Of a stretch of 64,000 nucleotides of DNA, positions 23,101-36,055 are shown one piece after another. How positions within the stretch are numbered: position 1 is the stretch's first letter; every line of letters begins with the position of its first letter. The notes under the pieces are model-generated. The model ran no database searches. It was not told the DNA's origin and saw only the letters and a program-made list of their open reading frames with translations. The stretch is from Phoronis australis (Eukaryota > Animalia > Phoronida): NCBI GenBank assembly GCA_002633005.1, contig NMRA01000361.1, positions 248,869-312,868 on the forward strand, given 5' to 3'. The position numbers were made by a program, and so were the translations under genes.

Positions 23101-26100
23101 TATCACATTGCAGTGGTGATATTCGTGACATAACATGAATTCACTTAAAGTTGTATCACATTGCTGTGGTGATATTCGTGACATAACATGAATTCACTCA
23201 AAGTTGTATCGCATTGTAGAGGTGATATTCATGCTGGTACAAAACACTTTTTTACGCAGACTTGTACAAACCGTTAATGGAGAATTTAAAACGGGAATGA
23301 ACTTTCCACACAAAAATCTAACTAACCTAGAATGTAAGTGGGTGACTTGAGTCTCAGTAAACGTGTTTCATTCTGCAGGATGAGTCGCACCTCTCGACAC
23401 AAAGACAGAAGACACTTGGCAAGTGCATTCTTATCCACAGGGCCCCAGTCAAAAGCATTCTGAAACAAAACAGTTTAAAAATCGTCTTGAAATTACCACG
23501 GTGGGAGAACCATTAAATATGCTAAGTTTCAACTGGTGTAGTGGTTACGGTGCTGGACTCAAATTATCTGTAGTTTCAGGAGTCGTGGGTTCAAATCCTG
23601 CCTCGGACAAAAAATCACACCACGAGTGCGCCACATATTTGTGCACATTCTTCTAAGAACGCGGGAACACCTGACGATGGCCGGAGAATAGATCGACCGA
23701 AACGTCGTGACAATGTAAATAGACAAGAGGTCGGTGTAAACAGACCAAGAGGTTTAACGATAGTTGTAACACGTCACCACCTCAGAGAGGTGTTAGAAAG
23801 TCATTTAGAAAATCCTGCTATGGTTCCCGTCCAACTTTTCCAACATCAAGACCTTCCAACTATTATGTAAACCAGAAGTAGCAGCTGCAGCAGTTAATCC
23901 TGAGTCTCTGACTTGAAAGACTGGAACAATGAACATGTGTAGTGAGGGAACTTGTAAAGTCCTAACTAAACACCTGTTAACTCACCTTACACTCTTTACC
24001 GTTGTCAGCCTTTAAATGTCGTTCAAAATATTTGAGCCCCGTTAACATTTCATTAGGATGAGATTTCTGGAAAGATTTGAATACTACTTGATACAATAAA
24101 TAGCATAAAATATCACCAACATTGAAATTCCCCCCAAATCCCCTGAATCTCTAAAGATCAAAACGAAGCCGTAATATGCGCCCACAGTGAAGCACAAGCA
24201 ATGTGTTTCTAGGGTTCTTATCAGTTCCATGTTAGATAAAGAGACAACAATTTGACTACAAGAGGTAGCAGCAATATTCAGAATTCACACAAATTGTTGG
24301 TACCTTACCTTTTAAAACTAACATGAAATCAAAAAGTTTAAAAAGTAAACAGTTTTCATTTGCAATAAACAAATAAAACATGCCACAAAGGGACTCAGCA
24401 CTAAGTATCTAAAAATTAACAGGTCTAGTACACTGCTTCTCATAAAGAACACTCATTAGGTTTAGCAGAAACAAAGATAGAGACACAAAATGACATAACA
24501 GGTACAGCACTTGTTTGAATCTGCTCAAATCTGGCAGCTACAAAATAGAGTGGCCACTAGGGTAGCAGTCCATTGCTGTCAAATACCTTGATAAAATCTG
24601 GATATTCTTCTTCCCAAAAAACCATAATACAGGGCCTTGTCAAGAAAAATGGCCACTAGAGGCTGCTGCAGAGATTGAATTCGCCCAAAAATCGACTGCA
24701 AACCCATGTGGCAAGTTTCATGAAATCCATCAATAGGTTCCCTAGACATCATCTGGAAATGCTCATAGTAGAGTAAAAAAATCTCGAGACCAAACTGGCC
24801 ACCACTAGAGGGTGTTGCTGCAGAGATCGAATACGTCTGACAAGTGGCAGCAGACTGCAGTCACAAACCTCTGGATGACAATATGAACCACACTACAAGA
24901 CAACCAACTTACTAACTTAGTCTATTCTGATGGTGAATTTGGCTTCCGCTGAGCTGTCAAAACAGGGAATTGTGGGTCATTTTGTCTGAATACTTTTGGC
25001 ATGTACATATACATGTACATGACTTTGTACAAAAAGGTCATACAGAATCATAAAAATGATAGAACAGAGGTGATGGCTGTGACAACCCAACATCATTATG
25101 TAGACTAAAGCAGATAAATGCTTAAGAAACCTAAAAAAGTGTTAGAGGCAGAACCCACAAATTTCCACAAACAGAACTATTTGCCCTGTTGCTGTACCTA
25201 CCAAGTTGAAGGAGTCCACAGAGGCAAACCGCTGAAATCTGTTGCGCTCTCCTTCCAACTCTTGAGCAACACTACCACTGATTGCTGCAGTACCTAAAGA
25301 AACAACCAAAGATTTTTATCAACTTGAACAACTAAGGCCACTTTGGTAACCAATGCCTCATAGATAACCGTTTATTACACACTAACAATTGCTGTGACTA
25401 GCGACAGAATGCTTTATAAGTTCGCTTTGTTGCAAACTGACACCAAGCTTGAGACAGTCAAAAATGTAAAGTGGTAAAAAACATTCATGCATGTTTATTT
25501 TTAAGAAAAAACCCAATTTTTTTTAACTCAAAACATTGCGCCCCAACCACCAAAGCGACAAAGTCTACGAGACTTGCTATGAATCACTTAGTCGCAAGAA
25601 TATCACTAAACTTGCTAAACTGACATTAAATTTCAATTACTACACATATAACAACAGGAAAATTTTACTATCATTATTCGCCATCTCATCAAAAAATAAA
25701 AGTAAGCTGACCAAAAGGTGGCACTTAACGGGGAGGAGTGTAGTGAATTAGCTGAATGTATGCAAATGTATTAGTGTCGTGAGCATGACACAATTTCTTA
25801 AATTTTTCATCTCAGGAATTTTAACTATTCAAAGCTTGCAAGAATCTGGTTGGACCCATAGAGCAGACATTATGTAGGATGTTTTGTTTGACATGACTTG
25901 TGTGTACGTTCAATCGAAATTAATACTAAAAGTGATTTAACTCGGTGGGGCTTTAAAGTAATTCAGATATGTGTGAAATATGTGGAACAAAGGAATTATT
26001 TAAAACTGATACGCGAAAAATATGAAAGTTAATACTTGAGAGGCAGCCAACTCTTTATTGCTAAGGAGAAATATTACAGGGATGCCATTTTTCTTCTCAT

Positions 26101-29100
26101 GTCAATTTTCCGTTTTGTTGTTAATGACTCGTTTGAGAAACAAAGAACAGACAATTGCTAACGTAGCTGTTAAATTTACTGTCACATATCTGTCCATGCA
26201 TCACTATTCACTCACCATGTACAGTGACACATGAATAATGAAAAGATACCAGTGACACCTTCAGTCAGTCGATGAGAACTTCCAACCATCAGTATCTTCA
26301 TTGCATGTTATAACATTCTAATGCCAATGCACTGATTCCTCACCCTTTAAGTCCCAGATGGCCATCACATCGGACAGTGTTCCAGTTCGTCGGACTTTGA
26401 CTGCATGTGTGGCAAGTTCATACTTCCAGCCAGTTCCAGTAGAGGGCGGTGTGAATGTGGGTGAAAGGAAAGACAGGTCGTCCATTTTGTTATCTGAAAA
26501 ATAGTGTTTGATGGCTGAAAACATAAATTGAAAAAATCAGTGTTGCTTTGCTATGTGTATTGTTCAAGCAGTCTGCAACCATTCTACCGAGTTGAAGAAT
26601 ATTGTGTGAAAGCGAGCAAAACTCCATGAAAGCATGTTTCACTCAAAGACAGCAACTCCTAATACATTTTGGGTGTTACAAGTTACAGACTAACCCCCAA
26701 TCAGACAACAAGAATCATTTTCCAGGTTCTAAATGACATATATCGAAACCGGATATAGTTAGACAATGTAGAAAAACAATAGCTTTCGAGTCTTAACGGA
26801 TGCGGCTCTTCATATTTTCCATGTTCTGTTATTTTGACTTACCGGCTTCAAAGTGATCAGACGTACTGAGTACCTCACTCGCTCTCATTCGCTTCAGTGG
26901 AGGAGGACTGGTCTGTAAGTGCCTGTTAATAATTCACGCGACCATCAGGTTTTAATTATTAATATTCATTTAACTAAGAATTATTGGTTGAAACGCACAT
27001 GTTCCACATTCTTGCAAAAGATTATTTTGGGAACCTGACGACAGCATCAGATACAGACAAGAGACATGCACATCGTACATTTTATTCATGGGTAATTTAA
27101 TCTCTCTTTAGACATACTTAACATTTTCGCTGACAAAACTATATGTCAAATGGCATAACATCAGATCGTGATAGGGCTAGCCAGTGTTTAAGCAAAAATT
27201 TGCACAACTTGCTGATAACTGGGAATCTAGCACGAGTACAACAGATGTCAAGCTGAGCAACCCTGCACAGCTCACCTTAGCAAATCTCTGGCAAAGACGA
27301 TAACCATTTGTGCGGACAAATAAATCAGGATCATTTTGGAATGAGAGCTAAATGACATTTCGAAAGTACAATGTATGTAAATGTATACGAGTGTCGTCAC
27401 TAAAATTCCTCCAATCATTTTGTCTTCCTTATCCTGTTCCCTAGTTCTCATGGCTCGCACATGCTCGTCCTGCTGAACCATTTTCAGTCTCTTTAGGATT
27501 TTCTTAACAAATAATAGTGAATATCTTTTGCTTCCTAATCCCAACTGCTGGCCGTAAATGTGACATTGAATTGAAAAGCATGTTTTAAATCTATTCAATC
27601 CATTGCCACTCTTTCGTAATTAAATGCAAGATCCATGGTGCAACTTACTTTTTTCTCAGAGCTCCAACACAAGAACTTGGCAGTCGAAAAAGTATTGATG
27701 TTCCCCTGAACTTGAGCTGACCCACATGAGTCAGGAAGTCTGTCACCGAAAGACTATCCTTCTTCTCATTACCAAATACTCTGTAAAGTGAATATTGAGA
27801 GTACAATGTGCATGGAAATAAAAGTATTGAACAAATTGCATACGAAAACATTGAATTTCTACTGTGTGCAGGTGTTGTTCATAGCTGTTTGAATTGTGAA
27901 TCTTGTGGTGACATAGACAAAGGCAAGTCAATAAGCCCAATAGTTCATTACATTTGCCAATTCATTTTACTGGTGGGCTCAGAGTGGTGCTCTTAACATT
28001 CTATAGTAACCAAAGTTACATGTGTTACCATTCAAATAGGTTTTAAAGTTTAAGCAGTGAGGTAAAATTATTTGGATAACTACGTAATTTTATATCAAGC
28101 ATAACCACTTTTGATACAAACAACAGTTACTGTGCTTTACTTTGCATTGTTGACAGCCTCTGTTTCAAGAGAAGCGTCATCCACAGGCAAGTTCTTCAGA
28201 ACTCTAATGTCCTTCACCAGTTCCCTGGAAACAAAGTGTTAAACTGACATCATGCAATCATTGCGAAGACGGGCGTCACTTCGCTTTTTAGGGGTAAAAC
28301 AGAAACACATCATGCCTTCAAAGTTAAAGATTAAAGTAGACACAATTTTCAAACTGCAGCTTAAAATGACCTAAATTTTACAAGAGTTTAGATCCATTTT
28401 ACGTAAACAAGCTCGGAGGCTGAAGGTTTATAGTGAACAATACCCTAGTCTGTACAACTCAGGTGACCAAATAACAAGAACCAAACGCACAACAACAAAA
28501 CAAAGAATAACACTAAGCAATCCTAACGTCTTGACCAACTTAAAAAAGAGTGCAGGTGGCCTGATGCCTTTTTTTTAATGTTTATTACGAAATCTTCAGA
28601 ATACAATGAATATACATAACCCAGAAAGCGCCAAGAGGCATTAGATCTGGGTAAAAAAATACAAAGAAGTCTATATACAATGATTATATACAAATATATA
28701 AATAAAAAAACTGATGTTAAGAATACAATGATATATGACAACGAATGAAAATAATTTATTTTCATACAGATGTCTTATTGCGGTACATCAGGCGTGTTTA
28801 GGCCACAAGGCTCTGCCCATTGCACTAATCACCTGATTGTCACTTGACTGACTTGAGCACAGCAGAGAAAATCTTGTTTCCAAGGCAGCCACAAGTGTGG
28901 GGCCAGCACCAAAGACACGCAACCAGATGAAAAGTAGATTTTGGTTACAAGAACATAGGGCACCAGGACAACCTACAACTCTGTGTGTGTCCAATTGGTA
29001 GTCATGCATCATGAAATTTGCACCTTTTCAATAAAACTGTGCCCATGTCGCAAAATGGATTCAAATTTAAATTTTGTATAAGAAATTAGAAATTTAAAGT

Positions 29101-32100
29101 TTATAATGACACTTGAGTGTTTCGCAAACACAAATAACGTACCTAAAGTCATCGAAATGTAGCAGTCCATCTGTGTGGTTGTTATAATACCTGAAGATAT
29201 ACCTACACCTGAGCTCAGCAGGTGTGCCCCCATGTTGAGTGCAGGGCTCTAACGCAGCTAAACCAAGTAATACATCTTTCCAGCTTAGCACATGACGCTG
29301 ATGGACATCGAATGATCTGAAACAAACATGACACGGAGACATTCACTCACTGACTAACCAAATATGATTATTACTTATTAAGGAAAAAACAAAAAGCATA
29401 AATTTTAAAGTATTTTTGGGAAAAACTTAAAAATGACACCGTGCATTTATTCACTTATATGGATACTGCAGTTTGAGACTCCATTCAATGCCTGTTATTC
29501 AGTGGAGAAAACTGGTTCTCAAAATGCAGTGCCTCTGCAAGTGACTATTACGCAGCATGAATAGAAAAAGGCAAAATGTTAGCGCTAACAACCAGCACCT
29601 CAGTCACGGATGACAAACAAATAATACTCACCTGAAGTATTTGTTGATACAGGAGTCACTCGCACCTTTGCTGACTAGATACTTTGTAAACACCACTTTG
29701 TTCATCATGGTACTTGGATAACAGTAATCCAAGAATTCGTTGAATAGCAGTTCCTGCTCTGGAAAATAGAGTCGGACCACATATGTGTACAACACAAAGA
29801 TATGGAACTCTGCTGAATACTATGCAAAGAGCAGAATCTGATGGAGACAATACTGATGAGACAAGTTGAGATGGGTGATGACACTGGGATTAATACAAAG
29901 TAATAACAGTTTCAAACAACCAAAAAGAAAACAATTTTGAAGTCCAATCGAATAAAATTGGCACACACAAAAGTAAGCAATCAACTTTTGATGGGGTACA
30001 TTACGGTAAAAATTCTCCAGTTTGAGACAGTAAAAAATTATTAAAGTATTTTGGTCAAGGTCGGAGCTCGTACCAAAACTTAAAAACAGGCAATATTGGC
30101 CGTCCCAAAATCAGGAATCAGGAGAAAGCTGCATTTTGCATTGAAAGCCATTTTCTATAATTTTATCTCGTCAATACAAAATGCAGTGTGAAATATTTGA
30201 GAAATATGACGAACGCCAAAATTACCCATGTCCCAATCTTCACAAGGGCTGTTCCAGCAAAATCTGTATGGGAGGGGGGGGAAGGCACTTTTATTTCATA
30301 CCCACCGCCCGTATTTTTCATTTATTTCTCCAACCCATGACCCATAATTTTTTAATTATTTTTAATAGGTTAAAATATAAAATCCAACACTTGCAAACAA
30401 ATTGCCTCCAGGAGGACCTATTAAGAACTTAGATGACTGACAGACAAGAACTAGTTGTCTTGTCCAATATTGTCAAAAACTAAAGTAGCCTGTGAGCAAT
30501 ACTTTTGGCAGCCACCAGGTGTCTCTGTTCACCATGTGTCTATAATTTCAATGAACATTTTTTTCATTTATAAGGATCTATGAATCTCAAACTGTCTCCA
30601 CGAACTCTTCTACACTTCTATGTCAAGTGAATATTGGAACTTGTTTATCTTACTCCTCATACTTTTTATTTAAAAATCATCAATTTTCTTATATGTGTTA
30701 ACACCAGTTCAGTGTTGCATAACTTTTCAATTCAATAGGACTGCAGACAAACAGTTGGCTCAAATCAAGTTGCCCATGACTTGATTAATGGCTTAGTGAA
30801 CATATTGCACTCTGTTCACTGGCAATATGGGCTTTTTTGTATTTGGATAAGTTAGGACAATTGCATTTATTTTTGAGTTTTTACCGCTGAAGTAACCAAC
30901 CTATCGACATTAACAGGTCAAAAAATACCACCCATTTTTAATGCATTACTTATTACAGGAACGACCACCCATAATTTGAGTTTTTTTCTGAAGACCACCA
31001 CCCATGAATTTTTATTTCTACTGCCGTCCCCCCCCTCCCACACGGATTTTACTGGAACAGCCCCAATCAAGAATATTCAATGTTGGCGTGAATTTCAGTG
31101 CTCCAAATTTTAGAGACAGTCCCAAAGTGAAGACTTTTATCAAATATTTCTGTATTGCATCCATGAGAACCAAAGTATGTCTTGTCCATACAAGACAAAT
31201 TGTCTGAAACAAAAGCTTTCCACATAATTTCCAGTTCCAACAAACCTGGCCTGCCAAATTTTGCTGCCTTGATAAGAAGTTCTTGAGGACTGTTAGCATT
31301 CAGTTCCCGAGATGATTCAAAGATGTCGCTAGTCAACTCAATCAGGTCAGATGTTGAGGTTATTTTCTTGCCTGCAAATAATTGTTCAAACAATTAAAAA
31401 CATATTACTATGACTACAAAATTCTAAACATACCAGCCACCAACTGCACTATTAATGATTTTTGCACCAGATCTTCAGCACCGTCTTAATAGTTCTATTC
31501 CAAGCATCAGCAAGTAACAGACAAGTACCTTAAAAGACTGTGCGTGTGACTGCAATAAACTACTTGAAACCAACTACACAGCATTATTCAGCTAGTAAAG
31601 GCTGATTTCCAGCCCCACCTGTCTGCACTACTGTGGTACTACGGCGGTGGACCGAAGAAGCTCCAAATACATGACGTGGTCATTGTACACTCAAAGCGTA
31701 GCTGGTATGATAGGCGAAGAAAGTTTTTTAACAGGTTTTAACTTTGACATAGATTGTAGCTAGAACACAGGTACTGGCAGTATGTGGAAACATTTGTTCT
31801 GGTGACTAACACTTTCTTTGGTATATACGTATGAATGTACATATGTATGTGTAAAATTATGTTTATATATACCGGTGCCTGTTAAGGTTTGGAAACAGAT
31901 ACACAAAACCAGGCAGAAACTGTGTGGAGAGTCCTGGGGTGGTCTGATGTGGTGGAAATGGAAACACTACAATACAGTTACTCTCAGGTTGGGTCTGCAG
32001 GGAGTGACCTTATTGAAATGCTTGCACTGCAGCTGTTCTCAGGATTAGCCTGCAGTTCACCTGAGGAGTCTCAGGGAGTCCTGGGGGGCTTGAAGTGTGG

Positions 32101-33712
32101 TGGAAGTGTCTGTAATTCTGGTAATGCTCAGGTTGGGCCTGAAGGCCACCTGGGTAAGGTTGGGGTCAGATACTACGGTGCTGAAAACCAGCCAGACAGG
32201 ACTCACCGTTTTCCAGGCGCTCAGCTATCTCAATAGGTTCACGACCCAGTAAAGGCTCAGTGTCCTGTATAAGCAGTTTGTTCATGTCAGCCAAAGTGAA
32301 AAACTTTGCACTGTCTGTTGGCTGAAAAGAAAGCTAATATTGAGGAACAGGATTCGCAGTAAAACACAGTCTTATCATAAGTAGTTACTATTGAATAGGA
32401 TGACAAACTGATTCTGCCAACCACTACAGATAAAAAAAGTTAACATCTGAGAAAACTTATAGTGACTCTGCTGTGTTATTTAGCTGAAATTTTCATGAAG
32501 ATTAAACCCGATTAGACCACTGATTGGTTGCTCATTTATTTAACAATGAACATTCACTGCCCTCTATTTGAAATGTCAGCTCAGCTGTTACAATAAGAGC
32601 TTCAGAGGTCAACGTACAGTTTTCTCTACACAAAAGACAATGTTGTCATCAAAAACATTTGCAGGTAAAAGGAACGTCTTTAGCACCAGCTCAGATTGCA
32701 ACTTTAACTTATCCAAGTATACCCTACCTTAAAATCTGGCACTGGTTGAGTTAAAAATATGATGTGCAAAGGTGATGTGGCAGAGGAAGTCCGGATAGTT
32801 CTCAGAACTCCATTCAAAGTAACCTTTGTCCCCAAAACCTGAGGAGCATAAAAATATTTCATGTAGTATTTTCCATTCACCATTAACAACCTGGAATATC
32901 TGAGGCTACTTCATCACTTGACAAGTTTTTCAGTGACTAAATGGCTCTGGTCAACGTCAGTTTCGACCTGCCACGTGTCAACACACCTCAGGCAAGCACC
33001 TATCAAGATCCCTCCTAAACAAAAATGTAATTATTTCAATTTAAATAGTGTTTGTCCGTGAACAAAAATAGCACCATCACCAACAAAAGTAGCCCATTTC
33101 ATTTCCCAAGTCATTCGATAAAGAGGTCAGCATTCCCCTAGTTTGTGTCAACAAAGTGCTTCTGAAGAACTAATGAAACATGAATTACACCACTAGAAGT
33201 ATTACCTATCTCACACAGAATTTTATTGAGAGTTGATTAGTTGTAGTGTTTTAGTCACGAATATATTCCAAAAACGCTCGATAAACCGGTCCTCTGGCTC
33301 TGAGTCCAAACTAATTAGTCTTTTGAAACCGCTTAGGTCAGGAGAGGTATGTAGCTTTTCACAACCAGTTCCACATACGAATGTGCCTTTTCTGAAAAAT
33401 CCCAACAAAAAATCACTTTGAGAGCCTGAAACAGTACTAAAGGCGTCAACTTCGAAGTTGAATGTCATAAAATGACTGATTGAGATTGAATGAAGAATGA
33501 AATGTCAAGACTGAGTCAAGTGACTGTTTATTATTGGTTACCTGCTGGCCTACTCGGCGGGCTGCAGCTTTAAAAGTCTCTCCATTGTCAACAAGACCAG
33601 TGGGAAACCACCATCCCGAGTCCTTGACCAGTAAGTAGCTCTTCGAGTCTTCATCGGAAATAAACAGGCTTACCGATCCCAGTGAGCCACCTGCACACTG
33701 TTTTGAAGCCAT
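17110..33712 (-). CDS. Multidomain PPP-family Ser/Thr phosphatase with N-terminal degenerate Nudix-like domain and EF-hand-like region, 19 exons, 787 aa
   Basis: Exons in transcript order: 33542-33712, 32728-32838, 32207-32321, 31246-31371, 29632-29758, 29143-29316, 28141-28224, 27649-27780, 26843-26922, 26344-26493, 25202-25293, 23986-24066, 23327-23459, 22660-22790, 22007-22113, 20661-20763, 19994-20136, 17883-18060, 17110-17235. All GT-AG, phases chain correctly, 2364 nt. PPP motifs GDIHG, GDYVDRG, RGNHE, HGG, WSDP, RAHE and FSSSGYC are present. EF-like loops [13 protein letters not shown] and [14 protein letters not shown]; Nudix-like [27 protein letters not shown]. Confidence 0.9.
18556..19100. 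mobile_element. PIF/Harbinger (Tourist-like) MITE, 3-bp TSD TTA
   Basis: tta|gggctgttccagtaaaatctgtatgggaggggg ... cccccctcccatacggattttactggaacagccc|tta; ~33-bp TIR. Confidence 0.85.
19443..19575. repeat. 43-bp tandem repeat x3
   Basis: aaatggaccYcagtcatgctccagcaacaagagcacatccatc at 19443, 19486 and 19529, with no spacers. Confidence 0.95.
23010..23233. repeat. ~51-bp minisatellite, ~4 copies
   Basis: Repeats of ggtgatattcgtgacataacatgaattcactYaaagttgtatcacattg. Confidence 0.85.
23534..23608 (+). mobile_element. tRNA-derived (Pol III promoter) head of a SINE/retrozyme-like element
   Basis: A box TGGTGTAGTGG (23534-23544) and B box GGTTCAAATCC (23588-23598) in a T-arm gtggg/cctgc. The 5' acceptor strand is missing, so this is not a functional tRNA. 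Confidence 0.6.
23666..23712 (+). ncRNA. Minimal type I hammerhead ribozyme motif (Penelope-like-element type)
   Basis: Stem I CAC / GTG; core CTGACGA (23671-23677) plus an extra T; stem II GGCCG..CGACC (one mismatch); GAAA (23699-23702); palindromic loopless helix III ACGT; predicted cleavage after GTC at 23706. Confidence 0.55.
24490..24880 (-). mobile_element. Related Helentron/HINE-like fragment (inverted) in a phosphatase intron
   Basis: ccactag.. units at ~24554, 24653 and 24802, with the caagtttcatgaaatcc signature. Confidence 0.45.
30246..31063. mobile_element. PIF/Harbinger MITE with the same TIR as 18556-19100, 3-bp TSD CAA
   Basis: caa|gggctgttccagcaaaatc ... ggattttactggaacagccc|caa. 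Confidence 0.85.
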
Positions 33713-33944
33713 TGCATTATTCTGTACAGAGTTGACCTCGATTAGCTAATGTCAATTGCGGATTTCATTGTTTCCTCAAAAATCCAACAAATACCTTTTG
33801 CATTGCTTGTTTAGCTCAAATTTAATTTTCATTATACACATTTTATTTTGTAGTGCTGTAACAAACCAGCAACTATTGTAATTCGAAACTAGTGTAAGAA
33901 AGTATAAGTAAGTTCACGTAATGAGTTTCCGTTCCCAAACGAGC
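33713..33944. promoter_or_regulatory. Bidirectional promoter between the phosphatase gene and ZNHIT3
   Basis: Divergent ATGs at 33712 (-) and 33945 (+) are separated by only 232 bp. Confidence 0.7.
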
Positions 33945-35998
33945 ATGGATGTAAAGACGTTTTCTTGCGAAGTTTGTAAACTTGCACAACACAAGTACAG
34001 ATGTCCAAAATGTCGCACTAAGTAGTAAGTGTTCTGCAAAATTGTATTTTCTAACATTATGCACTTGATTTGAGACATCCGGTGGTAAATATGCCAGAAA
34101 ATAGTCAAATGTTCAGTCTTCGGCTTCAACAGTTAATCTCAAGACATTCTCAATCTCATGTTTGTCTCACTCTCAGAGTCATGTGTCGAATAAATGGGCC
34201 TAATGGTCATGCGAGTCAAATATGTTTCTTTACAAGTGTGGTGGTGTGCTGTTGTGTTTGTACCTTCTGCTTCAACAGTGACTTTTAAAATGTATTGTAA
34301 ACAGAGTTGTATCATGTCTCTTAGTCTTTGTTTCCAAGCGCAATAATATTACTAAACAGAAATGGGTACAGTGTTCTCCCCAACATAACATTCTGACTCG
34401 GCTGGAATTGGAAAATCCATGTTCACGTTCGAAATTGCATGTCCATGCTTTGGGGACTTTATGCATAAAAGTCATGGAATAAATGTGCTGAACTGTTTCC
34501 AAGAATCCCAAAAGATCCTAATTTGTCGATTAAATGACTAATCTCCCAATACTCTAAACTCTTTGCACGTTAAGTTTTGAAACTTGATACAAGTAAGCTA
34601 AACCTGTCTCAACATAAAGACGAGTCAAAACAGATTGTGAAGAACCGTGGGTTGGATACTTGGGACAGGGCTGCAGATTGTGCATGTAGTGGGGGGTGAT
34701 GATGACAATATGGCCAGTGTAAGTTGATTGAAAATAAGTGTTGGTTGTTGGATAGACTTAGAGTTTTCCTTTATAGACATGTTTGAATGATACCAGAAAT
34801 TGCTACAGCTGCGCATAACAATTTACTGCTATTAGCAAGACCATGAATGTGCACTTCCCTTTCAGTTGTTCTGTGGTATGTTACAAGAGTCACAAGGATG
34901 TTGGCTGCTCCGAGATAATAACCAAGTGTGACAAAGCTGAACAACCTGGTAATACTCTCGGTATGTAGGCTGTTATGGCTTCTTTCATCTCGTTTACATT
35001 GAAGCTTGGAATTGACATACTTTAAATCAATTTATCCTTATCTGCTTAAGGCGCTTTGTTTCTGCATCTGCGTTACAAAAATTGAGTCAGTTTATACTCC
35101 GTAGAGTCTGTGCATGCCCAGTTTTCACTTCCTTACATTTCTTTATAAACAGTTATCATAAAATGTTGGGTAATTGGATTGTTTTGGTGTCATTTACTTA
35201 TTTTTTATTTTGCCCATATAACAGTTAGTTTATCAAAAGACCAGGTATGTATAAAATCGAAGATTATCGAACGTGAAGTCATGTGGTTAGTTTGGACAAA
35301 GATAGACACAGGGTCTAGGTATGCTCGTGTGAAAAATTACGTCAGTCCCTCATTTGAGGCGAGTCAATTGGATTACTGTGCATTCGCATGTGGTGAGATA
35401 AGTATCGGTTTAAATCTGTTCGAAACCACGTCCTCGAGCAGCTTTTACTTGAATCGATTTATAAGCTAAACCACCTCCGTTTACACTCTCTTCCTAAAGG
35501 TATTTGAACCGCAAACTGAGTTCAAATCTATTGAAAGTCTCCAATGTAAACGAGGTAGTAGTCTGTATTTGAAGAGTACTTGGAAGTTTAATTGAGTGGA
35601 ATACGAGTGAGTTGGATTATTTTATTATGAGTGTAAGCCATACCAACATTAGACACATTGTATATCCAAAACTGAAATACTGTGTGAGTGAGTAATTTTC
35701 ACTCCTGTTTATTACATATGCTTGTAATCTTTTAGAGGAAGGCGAGGTGTCGTCCGACGATGACATTGACTCTGAGGATCATGTGTCGCGTGAGAGACTT
35801 GCTATGTTGGAGAATAATGATGAACTACGGACATTGCTTGGCAACCGTCATTTACGTGATCTGTTGAGGTCACTGACAAGTGCTGAGGCGCCGTCACAAG
35901 CCATAGATAATGCCATGCAAGAACCTCTATTTGTCGAACTTGTTGATCAGTGCTTAAGAACGGTGGAACCAGAAAAATCTAGCCACCTAATGGTTTGA
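33945..35998 (+). CDS. ZNHIT3: Zinc finger HIT domain-containing protein 3 (box C/D snoRNP assembly factor), ~145 aa
   Basis: Exons 33945-34024, 34866-34960, 35736-35998. zf-HIT CEVC...KYRCPKC..KYCSVVCYKSHK; C-terminal LRTLLGNRHLRDLL...MQEPLFVELVDQCL typical of ZNHIT3/Hit1. Confidence 0.9.
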
Positions 35999-36055
35999 TA
36001 TGGCTTGCATTTGGTATGCAGCATGTGAATGTTGTCTGGCAGTTAATCCAGTGTT

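Noticed and set aside
23534-23608. Functional tRNA gene
   Set aside because: No 5' acceptor strand pairs with ctcggac, the anticodon arm is irregular, and there is no oligo-T terminator directly downstream.
27276-27347. 72-nt cassette-exon candidate in the phosphatase gene (minus strand)
   Set aside because: Frame-preserving with AG/GT ends, but not needed for the model and with no recognisable homology; unsupported without RNA data.
31880-32200. 115-aa + strand ORF with an imperfect internal duplication
   Set aside because: Antisense within a phosphatase intron; low-information duplicated sequence with no recognisable family.
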